A stretch of DNA of 64,000 bases from Octopus sinensis (Eukaryota), in NCBI RefSeq assembly GCF_006345805.1, contig NC_043003.1, forward strand, positions 41,354,001-41,418,000, read 5' to 3'. Both the position numbers and the translations under genes were made by a program. The notes beneath the pieces were generated by a model that saw only the letters and a list, made by a program, of their open reading frames with translations, did not search any database and was not told the DNA's origin. Below, in pieces: positions 26,860 to 39,977 of this stretch (position 1 is its first letter; every line of letters starts with the position of its first letter).

Positions 26860-28850
26860 TGTTACAATCACCTTGCTGAGACACACCCAGCGTCCTGGAG
26901 AGAGTGAAGGATAAGAGATGTTACAACATGACTGAAAGCTTGGGGAGAGGAGCTAGTGAAATATCCTCATGTAATACAAAACACATTTAAATGGATAGGG
27001 TTTTGCTAAGGATGTGGGTAGTACTTGTCAGCACATTCTTTTAAATTTCTCTGAGACATGGGTCTCCTGTGATCTTAATCCTGATGTTTCTGACATCCCT
27101 TTTTTATCATACCTATGTCACATCTTTTGTATTTCCATTTCCAGGTACTTATATTTACGTAGCTTGTCAAATTCCTTGACAGGTATATTTTTATAAGTGG
27201 GGACACTTACATCTATTAGTGTGCAAGTAATAATTATGTCTGGTTGATTAGCCTGGATCATTTTGTCCGTGTTGACTGGAAAATCCCAGGGGATATTTAC
27301 AGTTTTACCTTCAACGACTGGCTCGGGATGATGTTCGTACCAGTAAGTAGGAATGCTAATTTTGCAGTGTTTAATAGTTTCCAATGTAAATATTGTCTTA
27401 TCCTATCGTGGCGACTTTTATATTCGTTTGGTGTCAGCACAGAACTTCCCTAGCCGAGATGGTCTATTATTTCGTCAAATGTGCCGCACAATCTGTATTT
27501 AGAGTCAGAACAATTTTGAAGAACGTTAGCCCGGTAGCATTTTGTGAGCAAGCTTTGGTCTTGTGCCACCAATGTGAAACCTCCTGTCTCTGCTTTCAGT
27601 CCCGAACTTCTCAGCCACTGATGGGTCGTTGCTTGATCTACATCAGCATTTCGACTTCGAAGTATATACTGTCCATGCATATGCTTCTGGCTCTATCGCT
27701 CCTCACTTTGTTTCTGCTCGTTCTTTTTGCAGACTGCTTGTTCCATTTTGCTTGGTTTTGTAGCTGTGGTTTCCGGTTCTTGAACTATTTTAAGGTTCAT
27801 GTTCCCTTGCGAATTTGCAAGCTTCCTTGATGATCGAATGGGACTTTAAGCTGCTTTCGTGTTTGCACACAAGTCGCAGCGTCCAGTCCACTGTACTAGA
27901 TAAGTACCTGTTTATTGCTATTGTGGAGGTCACATATATCTCAGTTCTACCCGTATCATTCCTCTTCCCCCATTACCTCTAAGGTACACACGATCAACAT
28001 CTGCTTTCGGGTAGTGCATGCTTTTAGAAGTCGGTATTTTGCTTGTCTTCCTGTCCAGACGTTGGACCTCTGTAAGTTACATCAGTTAATGATGATAAAG
28101 TATATTGGGCTACTGGAAGTGCCTGGGTGTTTAAGACTTTGATATGATTTATAGAGTTGAGTTCAGTTTTTAGTATGAGTCTTATTCTCCTGTAATATTC
28201 TTTTCTTATTTTTTCCTTCATAGAAGCATGTTGTATACCATCTCATTTTATCCCCATGTATTTGTAATTTTCCTGTGGGTTACGCTCTTTGATGGCAGTG
28301 TCGGTATCTAATTTAATGGAAGCTGTTTGCCTGAGCTTGTCTTTGGCAATTGTTGTTTTAACACACTTATCAAGACTAAAGTCAATCGCAATGTCATTGC
28401 TGAATTCTTTAACAGTTGTTAGCCGCCCTACTAGCTGTTCGTCATTTCTTGCAAACAGCTTCAGATCGTCCATAAAAAACAGATGGTTTATAGTGGTATT
28501 TTAAACTTTGAACCAATACCTGGTGTTATTTTGTTCGTTTGAGCGTGAGATTAATGCCATGCAAAAGAGTAATAGGGAGAGGGAATCAGCTTGAAACACC
28601 TCGTTTGATGTTGATGTTAGTTTGGATCGTCCCATTTCTGTGGTTTAGAAGGAGACATGTATTCCACTTGGCCATGCTACCTTGTAATAATTTGGAGACG
28701 ACAGGAATGCTCTTATAAATTTGAAGGGCCTAGAGTATCCAATTATGCGGAATACTATCAAACGCTTTCCTGCAGTCTATCCACGCCATACTCAGGTTTT
28801 TCTTTTAGCTTCGGCAATTCTCAACAATCAATCGTTTTACTTATTCAATC
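26860..28850 (-). mobile_element. Older R4/Dong-type LINE (RT, CCHC relic, RLE), multiply disrupted
   Basis: SMAWIDCRKAFDSIPHNWI, QADSLSPLLFCMAL, HLFFMDDLKLFA, WLRSSGLKAETGGF..AQDQSL, YRLCG..E.IDH, NQPDII..LIDVSVP..KEFDKLRKYKYL. 5' end next to (TAT)n at about 28870. Confidence 0.88.
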
Positions 28851-28878
28851 ATTATGATTATTACTCTTGTTGTTGTTG

Positions 28879-28925
<47 letters not shown>

Positions 28926-28935
28926 TTATTATTAT

Positions 28936-29260
28936 TAACATTCCATATATGTACAACAGCTTAAAATGTTGGAAAAGAACTTCCTAACATTTGAAGCCAA
29001 GAACCTTCCTAAGTATCCAAGCTCTCATAATACTGTCTTCTGGAGATGCACTAAACAAGGTTTTATGCATATTTCCTCTACCCATCCGTTTAAATCCTAA
29101 TGCACCTATACATACAGGGATACACATTGCTCGCGCTTTCTATAGCCGCTGTAACTCAGTTGCTATTTTCTCTATAGCCCTCATTTTGACTTTCTCATAA
29201 TTTGGGACTGTAAAATCAGTTATCTGGTACTTTCTATTCTCCTTTGTCTACTAATGCTAA
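28936..29260 (-). mobile_element. Fourth R4/Dong-type RLE C-terminal fragment between (TAT)n tracts
   Basis: ITDFTVP..EKI..ELQRL..CIPVCIGALG..AWILRKVL on the minus strand. Confidence 0.7.
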
Positions 29261-29277
29261 AGTAATAATTGTTTTGA

Positions 29278-29371
<94 letters not shown>

Positions 29372-29409
29372 TTATTATTATTATTATTATATTATTATTA
29401 TCATTATTA

Positions 29410-29625
29410 AGGCGGCGAGCTGGCAGATTTGTTAGCACACCGGGCGAAATACTTAGCGCTAATTAACCTGTCGCTACGTTCTCAATTCAAGTTCTGCCCA
29501 GGTCGATTTTACTTCTCATCTTTTAGGGTTCGATAAATTAAGTACTAGTCAAATACTGGGACCGATGTGATCGATTGTACCTCTACCCACAAAAATCCAG
29601 ACCTTGTGCCTATAGTAGAAAGGAT
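29410..29625 (+). mobile_element. SINE family A with (ATT)n tail
   Basis: ggcggcgagctggcagatttgttagc...ccttgtgcctatagtagaaaggattattattatt. Confidence 0.85.
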
Positions 29626-29864
29626 TATTATTATTGTTATTGTTTTTATTAGCATTAACAGTATTATTAGCATTAGCAGCATCAACATTAGTATTATTAA
29701 TAGATAAAGTTATTTTAAGAATCACCACTGGAAAATAATTCCTGGGACCTCTATGCCCTTCAGTCACTCGTAAATATCTCCTATGTGTCTATGTGTTTGT
29801 GTGTGTGTCTGTATGTCCGTGTGTGCGCGCGCATGTACGTGTAAGTGTTAGTCTGCATGTATAT

Positions 29865-29926
<62 letters not shown>

Positions 29927-30234
29927 ATATATTATTTATTTTATTTATCTAGTTTCAGCTCACAAGCTGTGGCCATGCTGGGGCACCGCCATTTGTTGTT
30001 GCTACATGATTTTACTTCACGAATGCTTTTTAGCAATTGCCATTTGGTGCATGAAAGAGTTCGATGCAGCTGCCCTCATCTGCACCTCCTGCCGTGAAGT
30101 TGGTTCATCTGGGATACCTGACAAGAAGAAATCCAGTTTCATTTTAAAGACATCTGCATCCACCCGATGCAGGTCTCTTAGGTTCTTCGGGAGGATATTG
30201 AAGAGATGTGGGCCTCGGAACCCAGGCTATCACA

Positions 30235-31647
30235 TTATCTTGTCCTACATCTTGATGGCAAATTTGGAGTCCTTGGCACTATGCAGTGGCGCCCAGTTCT
30301 GGCATTTGTGTAACTCTCGATGCCAAAGTTTGGGACAAGTCCTTCTAGGATCTTCCAGGTGTATATTATGGCATATCTTTCTCGCTTACGCTCTAAGGAA
30401 TAGAGTCTCAATCTCTTGAGTCTTTCCCAATAGTTTATATGCTGCACAGAGGCTATCTTCTTCGTGTAGCTTCGTTGGATCGCCTCAAGTTCTGTGATTA
30501 ACTTGACACTGGATGGTGACCATACCTGAGAGCAATAGTCAAAGTGGCTTAGGACAAGTGTCCTCCAGAGGACCATCATGGTTTCCTTGTCTCTTGTTCT
30601 GAAGGTTCTAAGAATCCATCCAGTCAGCCGCCTACATTTCATTGCCAATTTAGCAACATGCACATGAAAGGTTGCATCATCACTCATGTAAATACCCAGG
30701 TCTCGCACTGATTGAGCCTCTGGGATTGCAGTCCCTCCAGGTCCAGTGTATTTATTGGGTATTGCATTTAGTTTTGCGTGCTGATAGCATAGAGCTTGAA
30801 ACTTTTCAGCATTGAACTGCATGCTATTCTTTTCAGCCCACTTGTATATTTTGTCCAGCTCACATTGCAGGTGCTTAGTGTCTTCAGGGTTCTGTATTGC
30901 CTGTGAAACTTTTGTATCATCTGCATAACTTGTGATCGTGGCTCTCTGCGTGGCTGAGGGAATGTCTGAGAGGGCCATTATGAACAGTAGTGGTCCCAAA
31001 ACAGTGCCCTGCGGAACACTGCTCACTATTTGCGTGTTAGGGGAAGTGGCCCCATTGGCTAATACCAACTGACTTCTATCCTTCAGAAAGTCATGAATCC
31101 ATTCTCCCAATTTTCCAACTATGCCAAGATCACGCAGTTTGTGACATAGCATTCCATGATCGACTTTATCAAAGGCCTTTGCAAAGTCGAGATATATGAC
31201 TTCCACATTTGAGTGGCTGAGCAGTCGTTTCAGCACCCAGTCATAGTGTTGTAGGAGCTGAGTTAAGCAGCTTCTTCCTGGTCGGAAACCATGTTGGGTG
31301 TCAGGCAGCAAGTCATTTTCTTCAAGGAAGGTGATTAGTTTCCTTCTGACTATTCGTTCCATGACCTTGCTGATGTGTGAGGTCAGAGAGATAGGTCTGT
31401 AGTTCTTGGCCTCTGCTCTGCTACCTCCTTTATGAATAGGGCATATTTTACCTTCCTTCAGTTTTCTTGGAAGTTTGCCAGTTGCAAGGAAGCTCTGAAA
31501 GAGGAACTGCAGTGGTCTTGCTAGGACTCTCTTACATACTTTTAGAAGGATTGCTGGGAATCCATCTGGGCCAGTAGCTGAGTTTGTTTTCATTTCAGCA
31601 ATAGCCTTTATTACATCGTCTTCCTTTATATTGATGTAATCAATCAT
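30235..31647 (-). pseudogene. LINE ORF2 reverse transcriptase domain
   Basis: 470-aa open frame carrying the conserved RT motifs. It ends at a premature stop, with C-terminal sequence continuing out of frame (GPHLFNILPKNLRDL). Confidence 0.92.
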
Positions 31648-31684
31648 CGCTGCCTCCGATTTTATATCTGCAGTGGTAAAGAAG

Positions 31685-32908
31685 TCAGTTGGATTGCTGA
31701 CTTGAAAATGCCCTATGGGGTGGCGTGAAAATACTCTTGAATTGCTCAGTTAGCATTTCACTTACCCTCATTGGATTTCCTGTGAGTGTGCCATCCTTTT
31801 CAAGGAGTGGCCATATCCTACAGTGCACCGTAGCAGTTTCTTTGGCATACCTGTAGAAAGCTCTGGGGTTAGATTTTATGTTGTCTATAGCCCAGGCTTC
31901 TTTGTCTGCTCTTTCTTTTTCATGGGAAAGTTGCAGACATTTTTCAATGTCCAACAGTTTTATTTTCAGGCAGGACTTTTCACTGCTTTCAATTTGTTTG
32001 TTTAGGCGATTTGAAACTTTTGTACGCCGTCTCATTAGAATTTTCCTCTCTCTTGGGATTTTGCTCTTGTGTACAGTGGCCTTTCTCTCTGGGACACATT
32101 TGTAGCATATGGCTTGCATTACAGACATGAATTGGTGAAGTTTCATGTCGATGTCTGGCGAGGATAGACATTCAGGCCAGTTTTGTTTGAGGATTTCTTT
32201 CTCAATTTGTTTCCAGTTTGCCTTATGGAAGTTCAAGCTGGAAAGATTCTGAGAGTTTCTTGTAGGCTGCATGTCCATGCTTTCCTTTGGCCCGTACATG
32301 GTCAGCTCTACCATGTTGTGATCCGAGAGTAGTGTCGGTGTCACTTTCACATTATGGATAAGATCCATATTATTTGTGAAACAGAGATCCAGTATGTTAC
32401 CTGCCCTGGTTGGTCGAAGTATTACTTGCTCCATGTACAGAGTGTAGGTGAGGTTCAGGAGGAACCTCGCCTGTCCACGTTCACATCGTGTCATTCCTGG
32501 GAGAGAAAGGCTCTCGGGCCATCTGACATTGGGTAGATTGAAGTCTCCCATAAGAAGTACACTTATGTGTTGTTCTAATGTGACTAGAACTTCTTCTATT
32601 TTTATAAGGCAGTCTTCAAACTTGCCTACATGGCTTGGGGCATCTGGAGGGCGATATGTCGCACATATAACTACACCAAGTTGCCTTATATGTACAATTA
32701 GTGTGTCACATACCGAATTTGAGTATGACAAAAGGATCTGGGGTGTGAGGTCCTCACGGATGTACATAGCAACTCCCCCATGACTCCTTTCTTTTCTGTC
32801 GGTCCGTAGTACAACATACTGTGGTATGTGTATTTCCGCATCTGCTATGTCCGATACGTATGTATTTTTAGAAGGGGAAAGACCATGAATAATAATATTT
32901 TGTTGCAC
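31685..32908 (-). pseudogene. LINE ORF2 N-terminal part: apurinic-like endonuclease + linker
   Basis: 407-aa open frame with APE motifs. It shifts out of frame at about 31700 relative to the RT frame. Confidence 0.9.
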
Positions 32909-35621
32909 GTCATTGATTGTTCAAGCATTCAAGCAGCAGCAGAGGAAAATGAACGTTACTCCAGATTCATAAACGAAACTATTGGCAGACACATCAAAAT
33001 ATGATCAATCATTACGATTTGAGTTCTTACCGAGAAGCTGTTTGAAAATTCTTGTTCGTAATTCTTTCATGTTTTCAATAGTCATGCGCAGAACAAGTGC
33101 TTTTTATTCGATGTAAAATCACGTTCAGTCCTTTATGATTTCTGTATCATATGTATAAGCACATAGGTACCACAGAAAGGCGGCCAGTGTTAATTATATT
33201 TATTAAATGATGAATAAACGAAAGTTATTCTTATCACATGACCATGTTTTTAGCGTATGTCAGATTCATTATAATGAATGCTACTATCATAGTTAGTAGT
33301 TGAAAATACCTTAATAAAAATAAAAGGATGTATCTGTTGTAATTCACCAATTCACATCTTTCGTTCAGAGTTGAGAATAAAATGTTATACTTTGAAAGAA
33401 AATGATAAGAAGCCTTGGAGCCTTAATGCCCCAAAGCATCTTACCAAGGGGAGTTCTGTATTTATATTTTTGTTAATATTACTATCCTTTAAATTTCAAG
33501 TGAATATATACATATTTGATGAGATGTCAGAAACCTACAGCTTGCTGAACACACAGAATGTCCATTAAGTCTTTCATTTTATATTAAGCTCTAAAGATAG
33601 GAAGAAGTAACCCGCATACTATAACTATTCACCATAACACAGATTTCAACCACTATATTCTAGTCTTCAGTCTTAGGATACAGAATGTATGACAGTTCAC
33701 GTATCCATTTCTGAACCCACAGCTGAGCTCGATACTCTAAGTACTAATGGTATCAGTAAAGCTTTTGACTCCATATTCTGGAATCAATTCATAAATATAA
33801 AATATTCAACAATTGATAACAACATAAACGAATCAACGAGGAAACTTGCGCAAAGTCGTTTTACCTGTTATGAATCACAACTAAACATCCATCAGATCAT
33901 AGCCACATGTCCCCTGAGACAATAAAGGAAGCATTAGAAGAATTAGTCCTTCATAAATGTCTTCGGACATGAACCTGCTTAAAGAAGGCTCATTCTGGAA
34001 TAACACGCTTATTGAAAACAGGTTGTTTGAAAAAATAAAATGCAATAGCTTGACTGAAAACATGTCCTTTTATAATGGAGAAAAGAAAATATTCAATTTC
34101 CAGGATATAGTGCTACAAAGATCTATATTCTCACATATGTTTTTTAATCACCATCAATACGAGTCCCCGAAATCTCCTTTAAAGCAGACATTCAACTACA
34201 TGTGCAGAAGACACCATGATTAAATCATATCACTATTCTTCAAATTAAAATACATGACTACTGTAAAAATTATCGAAATACAATCTTAAACTGGTATCTA
34301 TCAAAACCACTGTTTCCCATCATAACTGACACACGATGGAATGGAAAATACAACTCTGTGTAATTATATATCACACACAGATGAATTATTGTAGGTTTTA
34401 CAAAGAAGACATCTACAAATGACATAGAATATATTGAAGACAAATAGAGATCAATATGATAGACAGTTATATTTGTAGTACTCACAGTTTCCACATTTAT
34501 CCAGCACATACTAACTATTAGGCACGATATTTGTTTACTGATAGTCACACACTATCTCTCATCTGATCATTAAAAATGATGTAAATACAAAGCGGTGTAT
34601 TCCACATCATCTCAGGCCGCATGTAGATATAGTTGAATGCAATGTTTCCTTGATACCCTGGAAGATTGAGGCCTAGATTTGACTCCAGTTAGAGTCTTAG
34701 GATCTTTATTTCGACTTCTTGGTGTCTGTTGGAAAAACGCTGTCAAAAGAATCGTCTATGTAGTATGTGTTTCTTTTTAATTCTCTTGACTTTCGTGTCT
34801 AAATTTTGGAAAATGACTGGTAACAGAATTTACTCGGTGTTAGTGCGTGGAATATCAACGAATACTTCCTGTCGGATGGTTTCGCTGTTTGAGGGTAGAT
34901 GAAACATTTTGCATCTTGGATTTTCTGACTAACGAAAAGAATGAAGTCCCATGTCTTTGAAAATTTCCGGCATTCATTTAGATTCGCTTGTGTAACTTCT
35001 GTGTATGTCTGTCAATATTCGGCAGCATCCATAGGAAACAGGATTCTAAGAGCAATGCTCTGCGTGACTTTATATAAAAATGCTCCATTTCTTTCGGATT
35101 TCTAATTTAACAGCTCAGTATTTGTTACTAGTACTTATCTTCGGTTTTGCAAATTATTGATCCAGCTAACGAACATTATTTCTTCATGTTCTACATAAAA
35201 TGCATTGATCGAATTTGTCAAATGACTTACTAAAGTTAAGGTCAAGCAGCATACCATTTTATAGAAAACAGAAAGTTTTCAAAATTTGATTATACTTGTC
35301 CAATGCATGTAATATAAAATTCGTTCAGTGGTGGAAAACCTACTGAATGTTGTTAAATGTGTTCTTGGAAAACGCTACTCAAAACAACAGAAACTTTCTG
35401 ATATCTGATGTTAAGCAACACGGATCTATGGTTGCTAGTCTAAGCTTTAATCCACAACAATTTCTTATGAATCGATGACATCATTTCTTAAACACGCGTA
35501 CATATGGCTTATTTTGCATGCGCGAGTGTCTCTATGTAAGTATATATAGCTATAAAAGTATGTGTGTATATGTGCGTGTATATATATGTATATATAAATA
35601 AATACATATACATATATACAT

Positions 35622-35658
<37 letters not shown>

Positions 35659-35661
35659 AAG

Positions 35662-35722
<61 letters not shown>

Positions 35723-35821
35723 TACATATATAGAGAGAGGGAGAGAGAGATTGACAGACAGAAGAACAGAACGGAGGCAGATATGTGTTGGTGCGTGCGT
35801 GTGAATATATCTATCTATCTA

Positions 35822-35896
<75 letters not shown>

Positions 35897-35918
35897 AATA
35901 TGTATATATGTATATATA

Positions 35919-36171
35919 CACAAGTGGGTGCAAAGGTAGGTATACAGTAAGTATCACATCGATGTCATAATACTTAAATCATTAAAGTTATTAGCACCTT
36001 GAATTATATAGCCTCATTTTAATATTTTCAGTGCCATTAATCATGAGAGTACATTTATCATAACTATAATTATAATTTTATCGTAACTTTTAAATATTTT
36101 GATAAAAATAATTGATTATTGTACGTGTTTCCTTTCTTCTAACTGTATACGTAGTTTTGCACCACCCTGTG
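35919..36171. mobile_element. Tc1/mariner-type MITE
   Basis: Imperfect TIRs ta|cacaagtgggtgcaaaggtaggtatacagt and (rc) ta|cacagggtggtgcaaaactacgtatacagt, TA-flanked. Confidence 0.7.
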
Positions 36172-37419
36172 TATACACATGTATGAATATGAATATATGT
36201 GTGTGTATATATATATATATATATATAATATATACTTATATATATATATTATATATATATGTGGTGTGTGTGTGTGTGTGGTGTGTGTGTGTGCGTGTGT
36301 GTTGTGTGTGTGTGTGTTTGCCTGTGTGTATATATACATATATTTATAGGATATAATATATACATACATATATAGACATTGACTGGACCATTCTTTGGTC
36401 GAAACATATCTAAGGTATATATACTTATACACACACACATATATAAGTATACACACAGGCACACACACGTACACACGCGCACGCCCGCACACACACATAT
36501 ATATTATAGTTAGATTATTACGTATGCATGTATTTAAACACACGTCACTAATACACACATCTATAGTTTATATTAAGCTTTGTTATTCTACAATGTACAA
36601 ATAGACTGTGACATCTACTAATGTCCACATGTCTACCGCTTCAATATTCTCACCTCAGCAATAGAAATGGCAATAGAAATCAACTTCTCATATCCTGCCT
36701 CCAAATCTAATTACCATGGACACGTTTACACGCCAAACACTGAAACTATTCACAAGAATGAAACACGACAATTCGTACTTCTCTTCAGTTTTGTGGTCTT
36801 CAGATAGGTTTTTATCGTTCAGGCATAAGTGAACAAACACGTACACACACACGCGCTCATACTGATACCCAAAGGAATACTGCCCCACTCTGCCCACCAA
36901 AAAAAAAAAATAATAATAATAATAACAACAACGACAAAAACAAGAAACAAAAAGAGTATATCAACTTCTCTATTCAATATCTGACAATTTGCTTTTAAGC
37001 CGGTTCTGTTCATAAATATATAAAGAAACCGAAGTAGATTTGTTGTAATGCTGCAACTTAGCAATGAATGATACTCGAATCACATATTCTAATGAATCAG
37101 TTTTATAGTGTTATACTTATGGTAGAATTAGTTGAGTCTATGTAGCTATCAATGTCTTCCTCAATATCTCCTTTCTTTCTTTCTTACACATTTTATTTAT
37201 TTCATTCTTTCTTTCTCTCTCTCTTTCTCTTTCTCTCTCTGTCAATCAAGCTATCTAACTAAGTATATGTACGAATATATAAGTATGTCTGTCTGTATGT
37301 GTGTGTCAATAACACCTATCTGTGTTCGGTTTGTCCTTACACAGAGGCCATCCGGATTCCCGTTTGCGCCGTGAACAGGAATTAATCTTCTCTCTTCGCT
37401 CTTCACGCCATTTGGTCTC

Positions 37420-37745
37420 AACTCTCCCCCCCTCCTCATCTAACCTCACCCCCCCCTCCTCACCTATCCTTTCTCCCCCGACCCCTACTTCTTCAGTCCT
37501 TCATCCTTCACCCCTACTCCCCTTCCCTTCTTCCCTCTTTCTCCCTCCCTCTTCCCCTTCCCTCTGCTCCCTCACTCCCTCTCTCCCCTTCTCTCCCCCT
37601 CTCCCTCTTTCCTCCTTCATCCCCTCATCCCCCCTTCCTTCTCCCCCATCCCTCCTCTCCCCCCTTCTCTTCTCCCCCCTCTCTCCCCCTCTTCCCCCTC
37701 CCCTTCTCTCCCCCTCTTCTCCCCCCCTCCCCTCTCTCTCACTCA
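37420..37745. repeat. About 320-bp C/T-rich (polypyrimidine) low-complexity tract
   Basis: Runs of ccccct/ctcccc. The minus strand is rich in G-runs. Confidence 0.95.
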
Positions 37746-37789
37746 CTACACCACATGACTTTAACACATCACATCACATGATGTGCCAT

Positions 37790-38130
37790 ACTAATACACA
37801 CAACCAACTAATACATACTAATACGTACTAATACATACTAGTACATACTAATACTTACACCAACCCTATACATACACACGTCCAGACCCCGCATACGCAC
37901 TTATACTCTCTCTCACACCACACCACACACCTATACATACCAATACGTACTAATACATACTAATACATACTAATACATACACCAACCCCATACATACGCA
38001 CGTCCAGACCAATCTTACGCACTAATGCTCTCTCATACACACACAACACACAACACACACACACCCTATATACATATTAATACATACACCACCCTATACA
38101 TACACACATCCAGACCCCTCCACGCACTTT
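37790..38130 (+). repeat. Three diverged copies of an approximately 110-120-bp tandem unit plus (TAATACATAC)n
   Basis: ccaaccc.atacatac.cacgtccagacc..........gcact recurs at about 37860, 37981 and 38090. Confidence 0.7.
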
Positions 38131-38300
38131 TAGCTGGTCCCTCAACCCATTTATCAACCCTATTATCTCCCCTTATTTCGCTCTCGCGTCTCATGTTTGA
38201 TCTTTGACCTCTGGCCGAAATCAGATCGCCATGTTGATTCGTTAGCTACTGCACGCATTTTTTTTCTCTCCTTCTTTCTGTGTTTTTCTCTCTCTGTGTA

Positions 38301-38338
38301 TCTTTCTGTTGAAGAGCGTAGGCTCGAAACGTTAAAGA
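38301..38338 (+). ncRNA. Variant minimal hammerhead ribozyme motif (core CUGUUGA) in a Penelope pLTR-like insert
   Basis: TCTTT-CTGTTGA-A GAGC GTAG GCTC-GAA ACGT-T-AAAGA: stem I 5 bp, stem II 4 bp, palindromic stem III. A6 of the canonical CUGANGA is U. Confidence 0.6.
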
Positions 38339-38545
38339 CTTGGTTTATTTATATTTCCTGAGCGCCATACTAATACAATTGTTCGTTTGTTTTCCACCTG
38401 CCTTCGTCCTTTGTTTTATTTTCATAAAGCTTCCCGATATATATATATATATATATATATATAGATATATAATATTATATATATATATATATATATGTAG
38501 TATATATAGATATAATATAATATATATATATATATATATATATAG

Positions 38546-38601
<56 letters not shown>

Positions 38602-38748
38602 TATATGTATGTGTGTGTGTGTATGCTTTTTGTTTTGTTTTCCATTTATGTCTTTCGTCGTTCGAAAAAATATTTCAGGTTCTATGTATTCATGCATCCA
38701 ACTTTTTTGTTGTACACGTTTCGTGACGTCCTGTGCCACGTATGCATA

Positions 38749-38797
<49 letters not shown>

Positions 38798-38948
38798 TAC
38801 ATACATATAGCATATATATCCTTATACATACATATAGATATATAATATAGATTATATTATATACAAACACACACATACACCCCCGACACACATATATATG
38901 TGTATATGGATATAATATATACGCATACGCATATGCATACATGGATAG

Positions 38949-39012
<64 letters not shown>

Positions 39013-39415
39013 CATATATATATATATATGTGCGTGTGTGTGTGTGTGTGATATACATGAAATCGTTACAGCTACAATCATTACATCATGGTATCTCGGT
39101 ATATCGTAGTAACACTTAAATTTACCCACCATTAAACTGTTATATTCATATCGATTTAACTACAATTTTGTAACAATACTACTACATGCGAGGTTTGACT
39201 GTGAGGTTAGGAAAATAGCTATGTAAGTAAATATTACCGTCATCTTGTGAGGTTTTCGATCTTCCTGTACGTCTCTTTTCTCGAATAGACTCGGATTGTC
39301 ACTAACCTATGGCTGAAAACTGTGAATGGTACGTGTATACCTCCACATACACAACTTGGGGCGCTGCAATTCCCGACCTGTTGAAACATAGCCAACAAAT
39401 CCCTGCTTAATATGC

Positions 39416-39461
<46 letters not shown>

Positions 39462-39589
39462 TATATATGCATACATACGTGCATCAAATCGTTCTTTGAA
39501 ACAGATATTGCTGTATTCGTGATGTAGATTTGGTAAAAAAAAAAAAGAAAATGACCATTCCGAAATACTCAGTATACTATATATTATAT

Positions 39590-39705
<116 letters not shown>

Positions 39706-39756
39706 TTTGTGTGTGTGCATGTTGTGTGTGTAGGTGTATGTGTGTGTGTGTGTGTG

Positions 39757-39788
<32 letters not shown>

Positions 39789-39791
<3 letters not shown>

Positions 39792-39977
39792 AGCACTCCG
39801 CTAGTTGCGACGGCGAGAGTCCCAGCTGATACGATCAACGGAACAGCACGCTCGTAAAATTAACTTGCAAGTGGCTGAGTACACAATAAGCACTTGTCCC
39901 CTTAACGTAGTTCTCGGGGAGATTCAGCGTGACACAGAGTGTGACAAAGGTTGCCCTTTAAAATACAGGTACTACTC
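39789..39977 (-). mobile_element. 3' tail module of a CORE-type SINE (headless)
   Basis: Homologous to 61150-61330, where the same module is joined to the tRNA/CORE head. Confidence 0.7.

Larger units (their letters stand above)
29941..32910 (-). mobile_element. CR1-group LINE, near-complete ORF2 (APE endonuclease + RT) with 3' tail; frameshift near 31700 and stop/frameshift near 30235
   Basis: APE: RTDRKERSHGGVAMYI, TYRPPD, LMGDFNLP, PTRAGNILDLCFTN, SDHNMV. RT: GPDG, NYRPISLTS, QHGFRPGRSCLTQLL, YLDFAKAFDKVDH, VPQGTVLGPLLF, YADDTK. Tail ggcggtgccccagcatggcc...ctgaaactag(ataa). Confidence 0.96.

Noticed and set aside
31823-32783. Plus-strand ORFs overlapping the LINE (likewise around 19.1-19.5, 26.2, 50.1-51.1 and 62.8-63.6 kb)
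   Set aside because: Antisense or alternative-frame shadows of transposon ORFs.
36380-36415. GACC..GGTC-GAAAC motif resembling the 3' half of a hammerhead
   Set aside because: Nearly identical to the 3' tail of the LINE at about 51413-51446, so it is a LINE tail fragment.
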